Assembly: GCA_018716065.1 (NCBI GenBank)
Contig: DVKJ01000009.1
Coordinates: forward strand, 1-55,259
Direction: 5' to 3'
Source: Candidatus Pelethosoma merdigallinarum
GTDB lineage: Bacteria > Bacillota_I > Bacilli_A > RF39 > UBA660
Length of the DNA stretch: 55,259 bases
Position 1 is the first letter of the stretch. The number at the start of each line of letters is the position of its first letter. This document shows, one piece after another, positions 37,621 through 46,451 of the stretch. A model generated the notes under the pieces. That model worked only from the letters and a program-made list of their open reading frames with translations. It had not been told where the DNA came from and did not search any database. The position numbers were made by a program, and so were the translations under genes.

Positions 37621-38079
37621 TTACAAATAAAACTCATCGATTTCTTGATTTCTTTCTACGATCATTGGTGTATCTTTATAGATTTCTTTTAGTGTTAGAA
37701 TATAGGGATCTTGACTACGATTTAAATGGAGAAGATCACGATAAGAAAGGACACCAACAACTTTTTGATCTTGATGAACTAATAAGTGTTGAGTTTTTTC
37801 TTCTTGCATCACTAAAAGAATCGTACCTAATGAATCCGATACATCTACTGTATGTATTTTTCGATTCATAACGTTTTCCACAGGATTATGAACGTTTTGT
37901 TCTTCAGTAATACCATAAATACAAAGATCGTGATCGGTAATGGTACCTATTACTTTTCCATTATTTACAATAGGTAGAAAATGGATCTTATTTTCTTTCA
38001 TAATCGACGCACATTTTAATAGAGAATCATCTGAATGTACATAATAGATATTAGAATTCATTAACTCTTTTGCTTTCAT
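37621..38079 (-). CDS. CBS-domain pair protein
   Basis: Two CBS repeats (HFLPIVNNGKVIGTITDHDL and QHLLVHQDQKVVGVLSYRDLL). The start is trimmed to ATG 38079, after an AAAGGTGAT SD. Confidence 0.75.
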   Translation of the reverse strand: MKAKELMNSNIYYVHSDDSLLKCASIMKENKIHFLPIVNNGKVIGTITDHDLCIYGITEEQNVHNPVENVMNRKIHTVDVSDSLGTILLVMQEEKTQHLLVHQDQKVVGVLSYRDLLHLNRSQDPYILTLKEIYKDTPMIVERNQEIDEFYL

Positions 38080-38150
38080 ATTGATCACCTTTATCTATAT
38101 TCTTTACAAAATATGAAAAAATAAACATAAAATAAAAGTAAGGTGATCGT

Positions 38151-38912
38151 ATGCGTAGAGTTTATCGAAGAAAAAGACGTTTTTATCACAAAAGATGGAC
38201 AAGAAGAAAAAAGATATTTGTTCTTTTGTTTTCCTTTTTCTTTTTGATAAGCTTTTTATTATATTATTTACACCTTTCCATTACGCCTATTTTAATGAAA
38301 CATGCGGAAGAAGAAGTAAAAAGTATTTCTTTATATATGATGAATGAAGCCATTACAGATGATATTATCAATCAAACGGAAGTGGATGAACTATATGTAA
38401 CAACCAAAAGTCAAGATACTATTAAGTCTATTGATTTTAATACGTTTAAAGTGAATCAATTATTAAAGGATATTAATGAGAATGTGTGGAAACAATTACT
38501 GGCCTTACAAGAAGGGGAGTGGGAAGTTTTAAATCAAAAGGAATTCTTACTTCGAAATGAAAGTAAAGAACAGTTAAAAAAAGGAATTATATATGAAATT
38601 CCTTTTGGTGTGGTGTTTAACAATAGTTTACTTGCCAATATGGGACCTTCTATTCCCGTTCGATTACAATTAAGTGGGAATATAAATAGTTATTTAAAAA
38701 CAAATGTAAAAAATTATGGTATTAATAACGCACTCATTGAAATATCCATTCAAATGGAAGTGGAAGAACAAGTATTACTACCTTTTGTATCGAAAAAAAT
38801 TAAAGTTTCTAGTGAAGTACCTTTAGCTGTTAAAATGATTGAAGGTCAAGTACCTAATTATTATTCTACGGGTATTAAAGAAAATTCTCCTGTTATTTCT
38901 ACTATAAAGTGA
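38151..38912 (+). CDS. yunB: sporulation protein YunB
   Basis: N-terminal TM helix and the block EIPFGVVFNNSLLANMGPSIPVRLQLSGN typical of YunB. Confidence 0.6.
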   Translation: MRRVYRRKRRFYHKRWTRRKKIFVLLFSFFFLISFLLYYLHLSITPILMKHAEEEVKSISLYMMNEAITDDIINQTEVDELYVTTKSQDTIKSIDFNTFKVNQLLKDINENVWKQLLALQEGEWEVLNQKEFLLRNESKEQLKKGIIYEIPFGVVFNNSLLANMGPSIPVRLQLSGNINSYLKTNVKNYGINNALIEISIQMEVEEQVLLPFVSKKIKVSSEVPLAVKMIEGQVPNYYSTGIKENSPVISTIK

Positions 38913-38935
38913 TATAATGAAAGGGGAGGGAAACC

Positions 38936-39211
38936 ATGATCAAAATAAACAATAAAACATACCGTTTGGTGGAAGAATATAAAAATGCATTTGATTTAGA
39001 AGTAGTTAAGGAAAAGTTGACAGATTATTTTGATGATTTTGATTATATTGTCGGAGATTGGGCATATGGAAAACTTCGTTTAAAAGGGTTTTGTAAAAAA
39101 GAAAACAAACGTTATCGTCCTATAAATGATTTTACGAAAAAACAAGATTATTTAAAAAATTACTGTGCACCAGAAGCCCCTTATTTTGTTTTAGAATATA
39201 TGAAAAAATAA
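38936..39211 (+). CDS. yutD: YutD-like protein (DUF1027)
   Basis: FDYIVGDWAYGKLRLKGF block characteristic of YutD. Confidence 0.7.
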   Translation: MIKINNKTYRLVEEYKNAFDLEVVKEKLTDYFDDFDYIVGDWAYGKLRLKGFCKKENKRYRPINDFTKKQDYLKNYCAPEAPYFVLEYMKK

Positions 39212-39227
39212 CAGGATATTGATTCTG

Positions 39228-39761
39228 TTATTTTTGTTTCCCTTGAATTTCTTGTACCGGATTTTGTTTGATGAGATGACCTAAGTATTCCGCAATTTTA
39301 TATTTTTCATGAAATAGAGGATTGTGGAATACATTTCCATTTTCATCCACCGCACTAAATTCAATCGAAGAAGAAATAATTTCAAGAAAACTACTGGTTA
39401 GAATTTCTCTTTGTTTTGGTGATAAAACACAAGGATGAAACATTAAGTAATTCGGTTGATTCTTACTCAAATTCGTATTATAAATCACAATGTGTCCCTG
39501 TTTAGCAAGTTCAATAAAGAATAAAGTGGGGTCCTGAGATGGAAAATCAGAAAAAGCTAAATCTTTACCATCTCTTGTTTTAAAATGGGGTGATTCCCAA
39601 GAATTTAAGAAATCATTAAAAATTTCATAATGTGATAGATTTTCTGGATTTCGGTTATCTGCCCAGATATAACCATCATAAATATAAGGAACATTTTCTT
39701 TACCTTCAAAAGAACCGTGAATAAAAATTAAGCAAGAATGAAACAAATCTATTTTATTCAT
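39228..39761 (-). CDS. hypothetical protein (177 aa)
   Basis: ORF with no recognised motif. Confidence 0.5.
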   Translation of the reverse strand: MNKIDLFHSCLIFIHGSFEGKENVPYIYDGYIWADNRNPENLSHYEIFNDFLNSWESPHFKTRDGKDLAFSDFPSQDPTLFFIELAKQGHIVIYNTNLSKNQPNYLMFHPCVLSPKQREILTSSFLEIISSSIEFSAVDENGNVFHNPLFHEKYKIAEYLGHLIKQNPVQEIQGKQK

Positions 39762-39883
39762 TTACCATCACCTATTATCATTATAAAACTTTTTTCTTAA
39801 AAAATAAAGTTTCCCTAATGAAGTTCTAGATATCAGAGTAAAAAAATGTTATAATGTTATAAGACTAGAGGGTAGGTAATACT

Positions 39884-40988
39884 ATGGAAATGTATGAATT
39901 AATTAATCAGTATCAAAAATACAAACAAGAAATATTAGATTTATGGAGGTCTCTTTGAACCGGAAAAGAAACAAAAGCGAATTCAAGAATTAGAAAAAGA
40001 GATGAATACGCCAGGATTTTGGGATGATACAAACCATAGTCAAGAGGTCATTGAAGAATTAAATCGTTTAAAAAATCAATTATCTGAAGTTCAAGAAGTA
40101 CTAGAAAAACTGGAAACAAATTTACAATTATTAGAAGAAATGAAGTCTTCTGTCGATGAAGAATTAAAAGAATTGATGGAAGAAGAACTTTCAACGATTC
40201 AAAAACAAGCAGAGGAATTGGAAATTTCCGTTTTATTAAATCAACCTTATGATCAAGAAGATGCTTTATTAGAAATTCATCCAGGTGCTGGAGGTACAGA
40301 GTCTTGTGATTGGGCTAGTATGCTCTATCGTATGTATACACGTTGGTGTACGAATCATTCTTTTACTTGTGAGGTTTTAGATCTTCAAGAAGGAGAAGAA
40401 GCAGGAATTAAAAGTGTTACCGTGCGAGTAAAAGGAACATATGCGTATGGATATTTAAAAAATGAAAAGGGTGTTCATCGGTTAGTTCGTATATCGCCTT
40501 TTGATTCCAATGCTCGTCGTCATACCTCGTTTGCTTCGGTAGAAGTAACACCTTATTTTAAAAATACAGAGATTGCGATTGACATTGACGAAAAAGATTT
40601 AAAAATAGATGTGTATCGTAGTAGTGGTCATGGTGGACAAGGTGTTAATACAACGGATAGTGCGGTGCGTATTACTCATTTACCTACTAAAATAGTTGTA
40701 ACGTGTCAAAATGAACGAAGTCAAATTCAAAACAAAGCTCGTTGTATGGAAATGTTGAAAAGTAAGTTGTTTCAATTGGAATTAGAAAAAAAAGAACAAG
40801 AATTAAAAAATCTTAAAGGAGAATTGAGTGAAAATGGATTTGGATCGCAGATTAGAAGTTATGTGATGCACCCTTATACATTAGTAAAAGATCATCGTAC
40901 GAAAGAAGAAGTATCAGATGTGTATAAAGTATTGGATGGTTCCATAGACTCCTTTATTTATGCCAATTTAAAGAGAGGAAGAAAGTAG
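39884..40988 (+). CDS. prfB: peptide chain release factor 2, requiring a programmed +1 frameshift at CTT TGA (39953-39958)
   Basis: Frame 0 (ATG 39884) ends ...TGG AGG TCT CTT TGA, with an internal SD-like GGAGG at 39945-39949. The +1 frame continues EPEKKQKRIQELEKEMNTPGFWDD. SPF (RISPFDS) and GGQ (GHGGQGVNT) motifs are present. Confidence 0.9.
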
Positions 40989-40989
40989 T

Positions 40990-41865
40990 ATGTTGTTTAA
41001 AGAAAAGATAGAAGAAAATATTATAAAAAAAATATATAAAAAAGATCGATTAAAACGATACAGTACCTTTATATTGGGATTATTTTTAGTTTCTGTATCT
41101 TTTAACTTATTTCTATTACCACAAAATTTAATTTATGGAGTAAGTGGATTTGGTGTTATTTTAAATAAATTATACCAATTAGACCCATCGGTAGTTATTC
41201 TAGTAGGTTCTCTTATTTTACTTGTGTTAAGTTTTATTTTATTAGGTAAAGAAAAAACGATGAATTCAGTAGTAGGATCTTTGTTATATCCAATTATCGT
41301 AAAATTAACCGTTCCTCTTGTTAATTATATTACATTAAATATTGATGATACATTGGTACTTACGATTTTTGGAGCTGTCATTAGCGGTTTTGGATATGGT
41401 CTCATTTTCAAATCAGGATTTACTACTGGGGGAACAGATATTTTGAATCAAATTTTTGCGAAATATTTTAAAATGTCTATTGGAAATGCTATGTTCTTTA
41501 CCGATGGATTTATCATTCTATTTGGTGCTTTCGCACTAGGTTGGGATGTATTAATGTATTCTATTATTCTACTTTATATCATTAGTATTATGACAGATAA
41601 AGTTATTTTAGGTATATCTGAATCAAAAGCCTTTTATATTATTACCGAACATGAAACTGCTGTTAAGAAATTTATTACACAATATTTAAGTCATGGTGTA
41701 ACTGTATTAGAAGGTCGTGGGGGATTTACAGGAAATAATAAAAAAGTTATTATGTGTATTATTCCAACGAAAGAATATTATATAGCCAAAGAAGGAATTC
41801 ATAGTATTGACGAAAACGCATTCTTTGTGGTTACGGATGCTTATGAAGTTTATGGTGGAGAATAG
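40990..41865 (+). CDS. YitT family membrane protein (DUF2179 C-terminal domain)
   Basis: Five or six TM helices with the GFTTGGTDIL block, and a C-terminal soluble domain TVLEGRGGFTG...VTDAYEVYG. Confidence 0.8.
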   Translation: MLFKEKIEENIIKKIYKKDRLKRYSTFILGLFLVSVSFNLFLLPQNLIYGVSGFGVILNKLYQLDPSVVILVGSLILLVLSFILLGKEKTMNSVVGSLLYPIIVKLTVPLVNYITLNIDDTLVLTIFGAVISGFGYGLIFKSGFTTGGTDILNQIFAKYFKMSIGNAMFFTDGFIILFGAFALGWDVLMYSIILLYIISIMTDKVILGISESKAFYIITEHETAVKKFITQYLSHGVTVLEGRGGFTGNNKKVIMCIIPTKEYYIAKEGIHSIDENAFFVVTDAYEVYGGE

Positions 41866-41875
41866 GAGGAAAATT

Positions 41876-42583
41876 ATGGATTTAATTCGAATGAAAGGTG
41901 TAAAAAAGAGTTATAAAAATGGTGTAACTGCCATTCATAATTTAGATTTAAGAATAAAAAAAGGACAATTTGTCTTCATTATTGGTCCAACTGGTTGTGG
42001 GAAGTCCACTTTAATTAAAATGTTATATCGTGAAGAAAAGCCTACAGCTGGACATATTATTGTTGGAGGATTAGATGTTGCAAAATTACGTAATAGTCGT
42101 GTATTCAAATTACGTCGTAAATTAGGTGTAGTATTCCAAGACTTCAAACTATTACCAAAATCAACAGTATATGAAAATGTTGCGTTTGCCTTAGAAGTAT
42201 TAGGCGCACCAAAAGATGAAATACATACTAAGGTTGTAAAAGTACTAGATTTAGTTGGTTTAAAACATAAAGCAAAACAATATCCAAATCAATTATCTGG
42301 GGGAGAACAACAACGTGTTGCCATTGCGCGTGCGATTGTAAATGGTCCTAAACTATTAATTTGTGATGAGCCAACCGGAAACTTGGATGAAGGTACTAGT
42401 ATGGAGATCATGAAAGTATTAGTAGAAATCAATAAAATGGGAACAACCATTATCATGGTAACGCATGATACAGAAATCGTTCAAGCATTAAAAAAACGTA
42501 CGATTTTATTAGATGCTGGTCGTATAGTAAAAGACTTTGAGGAGGGAACATTTAGTTATGAAGCTATTAAGAATGTTAAGTAG
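41876..42583 (+). CDS. ftsE: cell division ATP-binding protein FtsE
   Basis: Walker [10 protein letters not shown], signature LSGGEQQR, Walker B LLICDEPT. The start is trimmed to ATG 41876, after a TAGGAGGA SD. Confidence 0.9.
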   Translation: MDLIRMKGVKKSYKNGVTAIHNLDLRIKKGQFVFIIGPTGCGKSTLIKMLYREEKPTAGHIIVGGLDVAKLRNSRVFKLRRKLGVVFQDFKLLPKSTVYENVAFALEVLGAPKDEIHTKVVKVLDLVGLKHKAKQYPNQLSGGEQQRVAIARAIVNGPKLLICDEPTGNLDEGTSMEIMKVLVEINKMGTTIIMVTHDTEIVQALKKRTILLDAGRIVKDFEEGTFSYEAIKNVK

Positions 42584-43457
42584 AAACATTAGAGACTCTT
42601 TCAAAAGTGTTTTTCGTAACTTTGCTCTTTCACTGGCATCGATTTCATGTATTACTATTACCTTAATTGTTGTTGCGATTTCCATTATTTTATCTCTAAA
42701 TGTTAATAATTTCGCTAGTTTGGTAGAGAAAGATGTAACCATTGTCGCATTCTTAGAGAATCAAATAACAGAAGAACAAAAAGCAGTGGTGAAAGAAACC
42801 ATTGAAAGTTTAGATAATGTAGAAAGTTATGAATTTACATCAAAGAAAGATATTACAGAAGAGATGATTGAATCTTCTGAAACTTGGAAGAATATAATGA
42901 CCAATTGGAGTGAAGAAGAAAATCCAATTCAAGATACTTATCAAGTAAAAGTAAAAGATATTAATAAGATTAGTAAAACAGCTAAAGAAATTGAAGGAAT
43001 TAAAGGTGTAAGTATTGTTAAATATGGAGAAGGAATGGTGGAACAACTAGTAACCGTATTTGATACGGTACGTAAGATTTGTATTGGAATGGTGATTGCT
43101 TTAATCTTAGTAACCGCATTCTTAATTTCTAATACCATCAAAATTACCATTGTTGCCCGTAAACGTGAAATTGATATTATGCGTTTAGTAGGAGCTTCTA
43201 ACATTAATATTAAAATTCCATTTATTTTTGAAGGATTATTCTTAGGAGCTTTGGGATCTATTATTCCTATTATTGCCACAGTCGTTGGATATGACACCCT
43301 TTATGAACATTTTAATGGTCAATTGTTCTCACCATTTATCCAATTAGTAAAACCTAGTCCATTTACTTTCTATGTTTCATTAGTATTATTAGTTATTGGT
43401 ATTCTAGTTGGTATGTTTGGAAGTTGGAGAGCAGTAAGAAAACATTTAAAAATATAA
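42558..43457 (+). CDS. ftsX: cell division permease FtsX
   Basis: FtsX topology (TM1, ~120-aa extracellular domain, three C-terminal TMs), immediately after ftsE. The start is ambiguous (42558 or 42573). Confidence 0.85.
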   Translation: MKLLRMLSRNIRDSFKSVFRNFALSLASISCITITLIVVAISIILSLNVNNFASLVEKDVTIVAFLENQITEEQKAVVKETIESLDNVESYEFTSKKDITEEMIESSETWKNIMTNWSEEENPIQDTYQVKVKDINKISKTAKEIEGIKGVSIVKYGEGMVEQLVTVFDTVRKICIGMVIALILVTAFLISNTIKITIVARKREIDIMRLVGASNINIKIPFIFEGLFLGALGSIIPIIATVVGYDTLYEHFNGQLFSPFIQLVKPSPFTFYVSLVLLVIGILVGMFGSWRAVRKHLKI

Positions 43458-43463
43458 TGAAAA

Positions 43464-43486
43464 AGCGCACCATACAGTGTGCTTTT
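43464..43486 (+). terminator. intrinsic terminator of ftsEX
   Basis: AGCGCAC / GTGTGCT stem followed by TTTTC. Confidence 0.7.
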
Positions 43487-43613
43487 CATATTGTAGTATT
43501 TGAAATAAGACACTACAACAAATTTCATAGTTGAAAAATTTCCTATCTATTTTAACAAATGTATAAATAAAATGTAGAACAAGTAAAGTCCTACATTAAA
43601 TTATATATATAAA

Positions 43614-43646
43614 GCTCATGAGTTTGAGCAGATTCATCACTGGTGC
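43614..43646 (-). repeat. hairpin + 21-nt module, copy 1 (direct repeat of 44817-44850)
   Basis: GCTCA/TGAGC hairpin (43614-43629) abutting GAGCAGATTCATCACTGGTGC (43626-43646). Read on the minus strand it is GCACCAGTGATGAATCTGCTC + hairpin + TTTATATAT. Confidence 0.6.
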
Positions 43647-43812
43647 CGCCAGAGAAGTTATCTATAACCTTTACCAAAGGTAATTGATATTTGAATTAAC
43701 CACTGATTAAATTATAACATTCTTTTCTAAATATACACATATCTTGTATAATTTTTAAGTTTTTACATATAATATAATTGACAAGATATTATTTTTTTGA
43801 TAATATTTAGTC

Positions 43813-43912
43813 AGTGAGTGAGTAGTTCGCTGAGTTACTGAAGGGTGCGATAAATTCACACCAGCAAGCTTGCCTTGTGGGTTCCTTCAGTCAGGGGAAA
43901 GCTCACTTTTTT
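43813..43912 (+). ncRNA. putative ~100-nt structured small RNA, unknown family
   Basis: Near-consensus promoter TTGACA (43778-43783), 17 nt, TGaTAATAT (43798-43806). Nested helices AGTGAG/CTCACT (43813-18/43902-07) and ACTGAAGG/CCTTCAGT (43837-44/43884-91), palindrome GCAAGCTTGC (43864-73), U-tract 43907-43912. Confidence 0.4.
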
Positions 43913-44637
43913 GATGCTATTAAATAATTAACTAAATTTTTAAGTTCAATAGAATTACTATCATATGGAACCAATTTCAACCCATAGCTTAACAAATTGT
44001 CACCTTTAGAATATAACTTATGTTGTATTCTTTTTATATAATCAAAATGGATATTATTATTATATTTAAGCGCTTGGAATAATGCACTGCAGCAACAATC
44101 TGCTAATTGTAAAAGTTTTTTTCTCTCGTTAGGAATTATCTTTATTTGTTTTATACAACTAGTATCAATGTTAAATTTTTTATGATTTTTATTATTTAAG
44201 TAATTGCTAAGCTTCTCCTTTGATAAATTTCCTCTGGCGCTTATATTGATATTAGCCACACCATTATTATCGTTCATATACCAACATATTCTTTCATATA
44301 AATAACCACTAAAAAAATTATAAATATTATTTGACGGAATAAACTGAATGCATTTAGTATCTATAATGACGTTAATGATTGTTATATCAAGTTCACTTAC
44401 TATATTCATAATCATTCTTTTATTTGGCATACCTTTTAATAACTTCCAATGTAATTGAGTTTTTCTTGGCATCTCTAAATTTTCTTTTATTAAATCAACT
44501 GCTCTAGATATTTCTAAATCTTTTTCCTTCGTTACAATGATGGCAGTCAAAATAAAATATTTCGAACCTTTATTTATTCCTTCATCTCCGGATTCATCTA
44601 TATACACATTATATTCGTTTTTATTTTTATCATACAT
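43903..44637 (-). CDS. DUF3800 domain protein
   Basis: N-terminal YNVYIDESGDEG signature of DUF3800. Very AT-rich coding sequence. GGTGAGG SD. Confidence 0.75.
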   Translation of the reverse strand: MYDKNKNEYNVYIDESGDEGINKGSKYFILTAIIVTKEKDLEISRAVDLIKENLEMPRKTQLHWKLLKGMPNKRMIMNIVSELDITIINVIIDTKCIQFIPSNNIYNFFSGYLYERICWYMNDNNGVANINISARGNLSKEKLSNYLNNKNHKKFNIDTSCIKQIKIIPNERKKLLQLADCCCSALFQALKYNNNIHFDYIKRIQHKLYSKGDNLLSYGLKLVPYDSNSIELKNLVNYLIASKK

Positions 44638-44816
44638 ATCCTCACCACCAAGTTTATCTGTTTTCTTATAAAAATTTAAGTACTACATAAATTTTATCAA
44701 AAATAAAAAGAAATGGGAATACAATTTTCTATACAATTAAATAAAAATTCGCAGACCTAACAAATGAAATGTGAAACAAAAAAATCAATCGTTTCTGATT
44801 GATTCCTATATTAAAA

Positions 44817-44850
44817 GTTCGAATAATTCGAACAGATTCATCACTGGTGC
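44817..44850 (-). repeat. hairpin + 21-nt module, copy 2 (direct repeat of 43614-43646)
   Basis: GTTCGAA/TTCGAAC hairpin (44817-44833) abutting GAACAGATTCATCACTGGTGC (44830-44850). On the minus strand it is followed by TTTTAATAT, then a second hairpin AATCAATC/GATTGATT (44783-44804) plus a T-run. Confidence 0.6.
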
Positions 44851-44983
44851 GAATCACATATAAGTTACGAACTATGTCTCTTCCTAAAAATATTACATAT
44901 GATTTATTATTAAATTTCAACGGGAGTATGGAAAAAATTATATAATTATAGTATAATTTATAAAGATTTAAAAATTAGGAGTA

Positions 44984-45841
44984 ATGTATATGATAGATAA
45001 TAAATATTTAAGTAGAATAAAAATATTTGAGCATAGAGACAAAAATAAAAATTATAATATGAACATTTTTACATATATTCCCGAAGGCAATATTAACGAA
45101 ATGGAAATAGTATTTGTTATGAGTGGTTGCTATAGAGATGCTCTAAATTATTTAAAAATTTGGATAGAACCCGCGAATAAAAATAAATATATTATTATAA
45201 CGCCAGAGTTTGACAAACCTCATTATTCTATAGCTGATCATGAATATGGAAATATAATCAATATAGACTATGATTATTGCTCACAAGATATTTACACTCC
45301 GAAGATGTCTTATGATAATAACATAAAAGACGAATCCGATTGGATTTATCACAATATAGATGAAATTTATATTGAATTTATAAAAGAATTTAATATTAAA
45401 AATAATGGATATATTATGTTTGGTCATTCCTCAGGGGCACAATTTACTCATAGGTTTTTAATGTTTGGAAATAGTAAGTACTGTAAAAAATATTTATGTG
45501 CAAATGCAGGACTATATACTTTTTATGATATTACAAGCAATTATCCTTATGGTATACAAAATTTAAATAAATACAAAGAGAGAATAGATAGATCTTTAAC
45601 AAAAAATGTATTTATATTAGCTGGGGAGCAAGATGTGAAAAGTAAATATTTAAATGCACTTCCAAATGATTTAAAACAAGGAAAAACACGATATGAAAGA
45701 GCAACCAATTATTTTAATTCAGCAATAAATTATGCAAAAGATAATAATATAAAAATGAATTGGAAGTTTGTCTCTATGCCTAACGTACATCATAGCTCTA
45801 AAGAAGTAGTTCCTTTTGCGATAAAAATTATTAATAGTTAA
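44984..45841 (+). CDS. alpha/beta hydrolase (esterase/depolymerase-like)
   Basis: Nucleophile elbow GHSSG (MFGHSSGAQFTHRF) and a late His (NVHHSS). Very AT-rich. TTAGGAG SD. Confidence 0.7.
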   Translation: MYMIDNKYLSRIKIFEHRDKNKNYNMNIFTYIPEGNINEMEIVFVMSGCYRDALNYLKIWIEPANKNKYIIITPEFDKPHYSIADHEYGNIINIDYDYCSQDIYTPKMSYDNNIKDESDWIYHNIDEIYIEFIKEFNIKNNGYIMFGHSSGAQFTHRFLMFGNSKYCKKYLCANAGLYTFYDITSNYPYGIQNLNKYKERIDRSLTKNVFILAGEQDVKSKYLNALPNDLKQGKTRYERATNYFNSAINYAKDNNIKMNWKFVSMPNVHHSSKEVVPFAIKIINS

Positions 45842-45991
45842 TTATTGCTTTTTCTTATAAATTAACTTTCTCCTTTCAAAATAAGGGTATGGGATTTTCT
45901 CATAATAGAATTTGTGCAAGAGTATGAATTCAGTGCTAGCTAGGACATAGAGTTTAATTTGTCCTCACATTTTTAGAGTTATAATTTTAAG

Positions 45992-46019
45992 GGACTGCAG
46001 CTTTTGCAGTCCGATTTTT
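45992..46019 (+). terminator. intrinsic terminator ~150 nt downstream of the hydrolase gene
   Basis: GGACTGCA / TGCAGTCC 8-bp stem followed by GATTTTT. Confidence 0.65.
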
Positions 46020-46210
46020 ACATATAAATAAGTTTGTTAAATATGATTTCTTCAGCAATACTTTTGTAATTATTCATTAGTTTTGCAAATTCTAATTAGT
46101 TAGTTTTCTTATCTTTTTTGATTAGTAAATTTTTAAAGAGTAGTATAAAGTGCTTTGCTATTCTTTTTCAGATAATGCAATAATAATCAAAATGATAATA
46201 TTATATTTTC

Positions 46211-46246
46211 AAATAAAAACTTACGAACGTTCAATAGTCCGTAAGT
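46211..46246 (-). terminator. intrinsic terminator of tRNA-Thr
   Basis: ACTTACG / CGTAAGT stem (46219-25 / 46240-46), followed on the minus strand by TTTTATTT. Confidence 0.6.
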
Positions 46247-46256
46247 TATCTTCAAA

Positions 46257-46332
46257 TGGTGCCGAAAGTAGGACTCGAACCTATGACCTGCTGATTACGA
46301 GACAGCTGCTCTACCAACTGAGCTATTTCGGC
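46257..46332 (-). tRNA. tRNA-Thr (anticodon CGU), 76 nt with encoded CCA
   Basis: Manual cloverleaf: GCCGAAA TA GCTC AGTTGGTA GAGC A GCTGT CTCGTAA TCAGC AGGTC ATAGG TTCGAGT CCTAC TTTCGGC ACCA. Acceptor and D stems are perfect; there are T31-T39 and A49-C65 mismatches. Own promoter TTTACA-17-TAAAAT upstream. Confidence 0.85.
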
Positions 46333-46451
46333 AATACATATAAATTTTACAATAAAATCAGTAGTTTGTAAATAGAAAATTATGATTTTCCAAGTATTTA
46401 TGGTATATTATAAAGTAGAAAGATTAATGAAACGAGAAAGTAGGAAGAGTT

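Noticed and set aside
43639-43715. Possible tRNA or tRNA pseudogene on the minus strand ending in ...GGCGGCACCA.
   Set aside because: There are no pairable acceptor, T or anticodon arms upstream of the CCA-like end. Only the last ~8-10 nt resemble a tRNA 3' end, so it is treated as an att-like remnant or repeat.
44729-44920. Track ORF (63 aa, minus strand) upstream of the DUF3800 gene.
   Set aside because: It spans two terminator-like hairpins and the 21-nt repeat, has no SD and has implausible composition.
46150-46371. Track ORF (73 aa, plus strand, GTG start).
   Set aside because: It is antisense to, and fully covers, the tRNA-Thr gene, so it is a shadow ORF.
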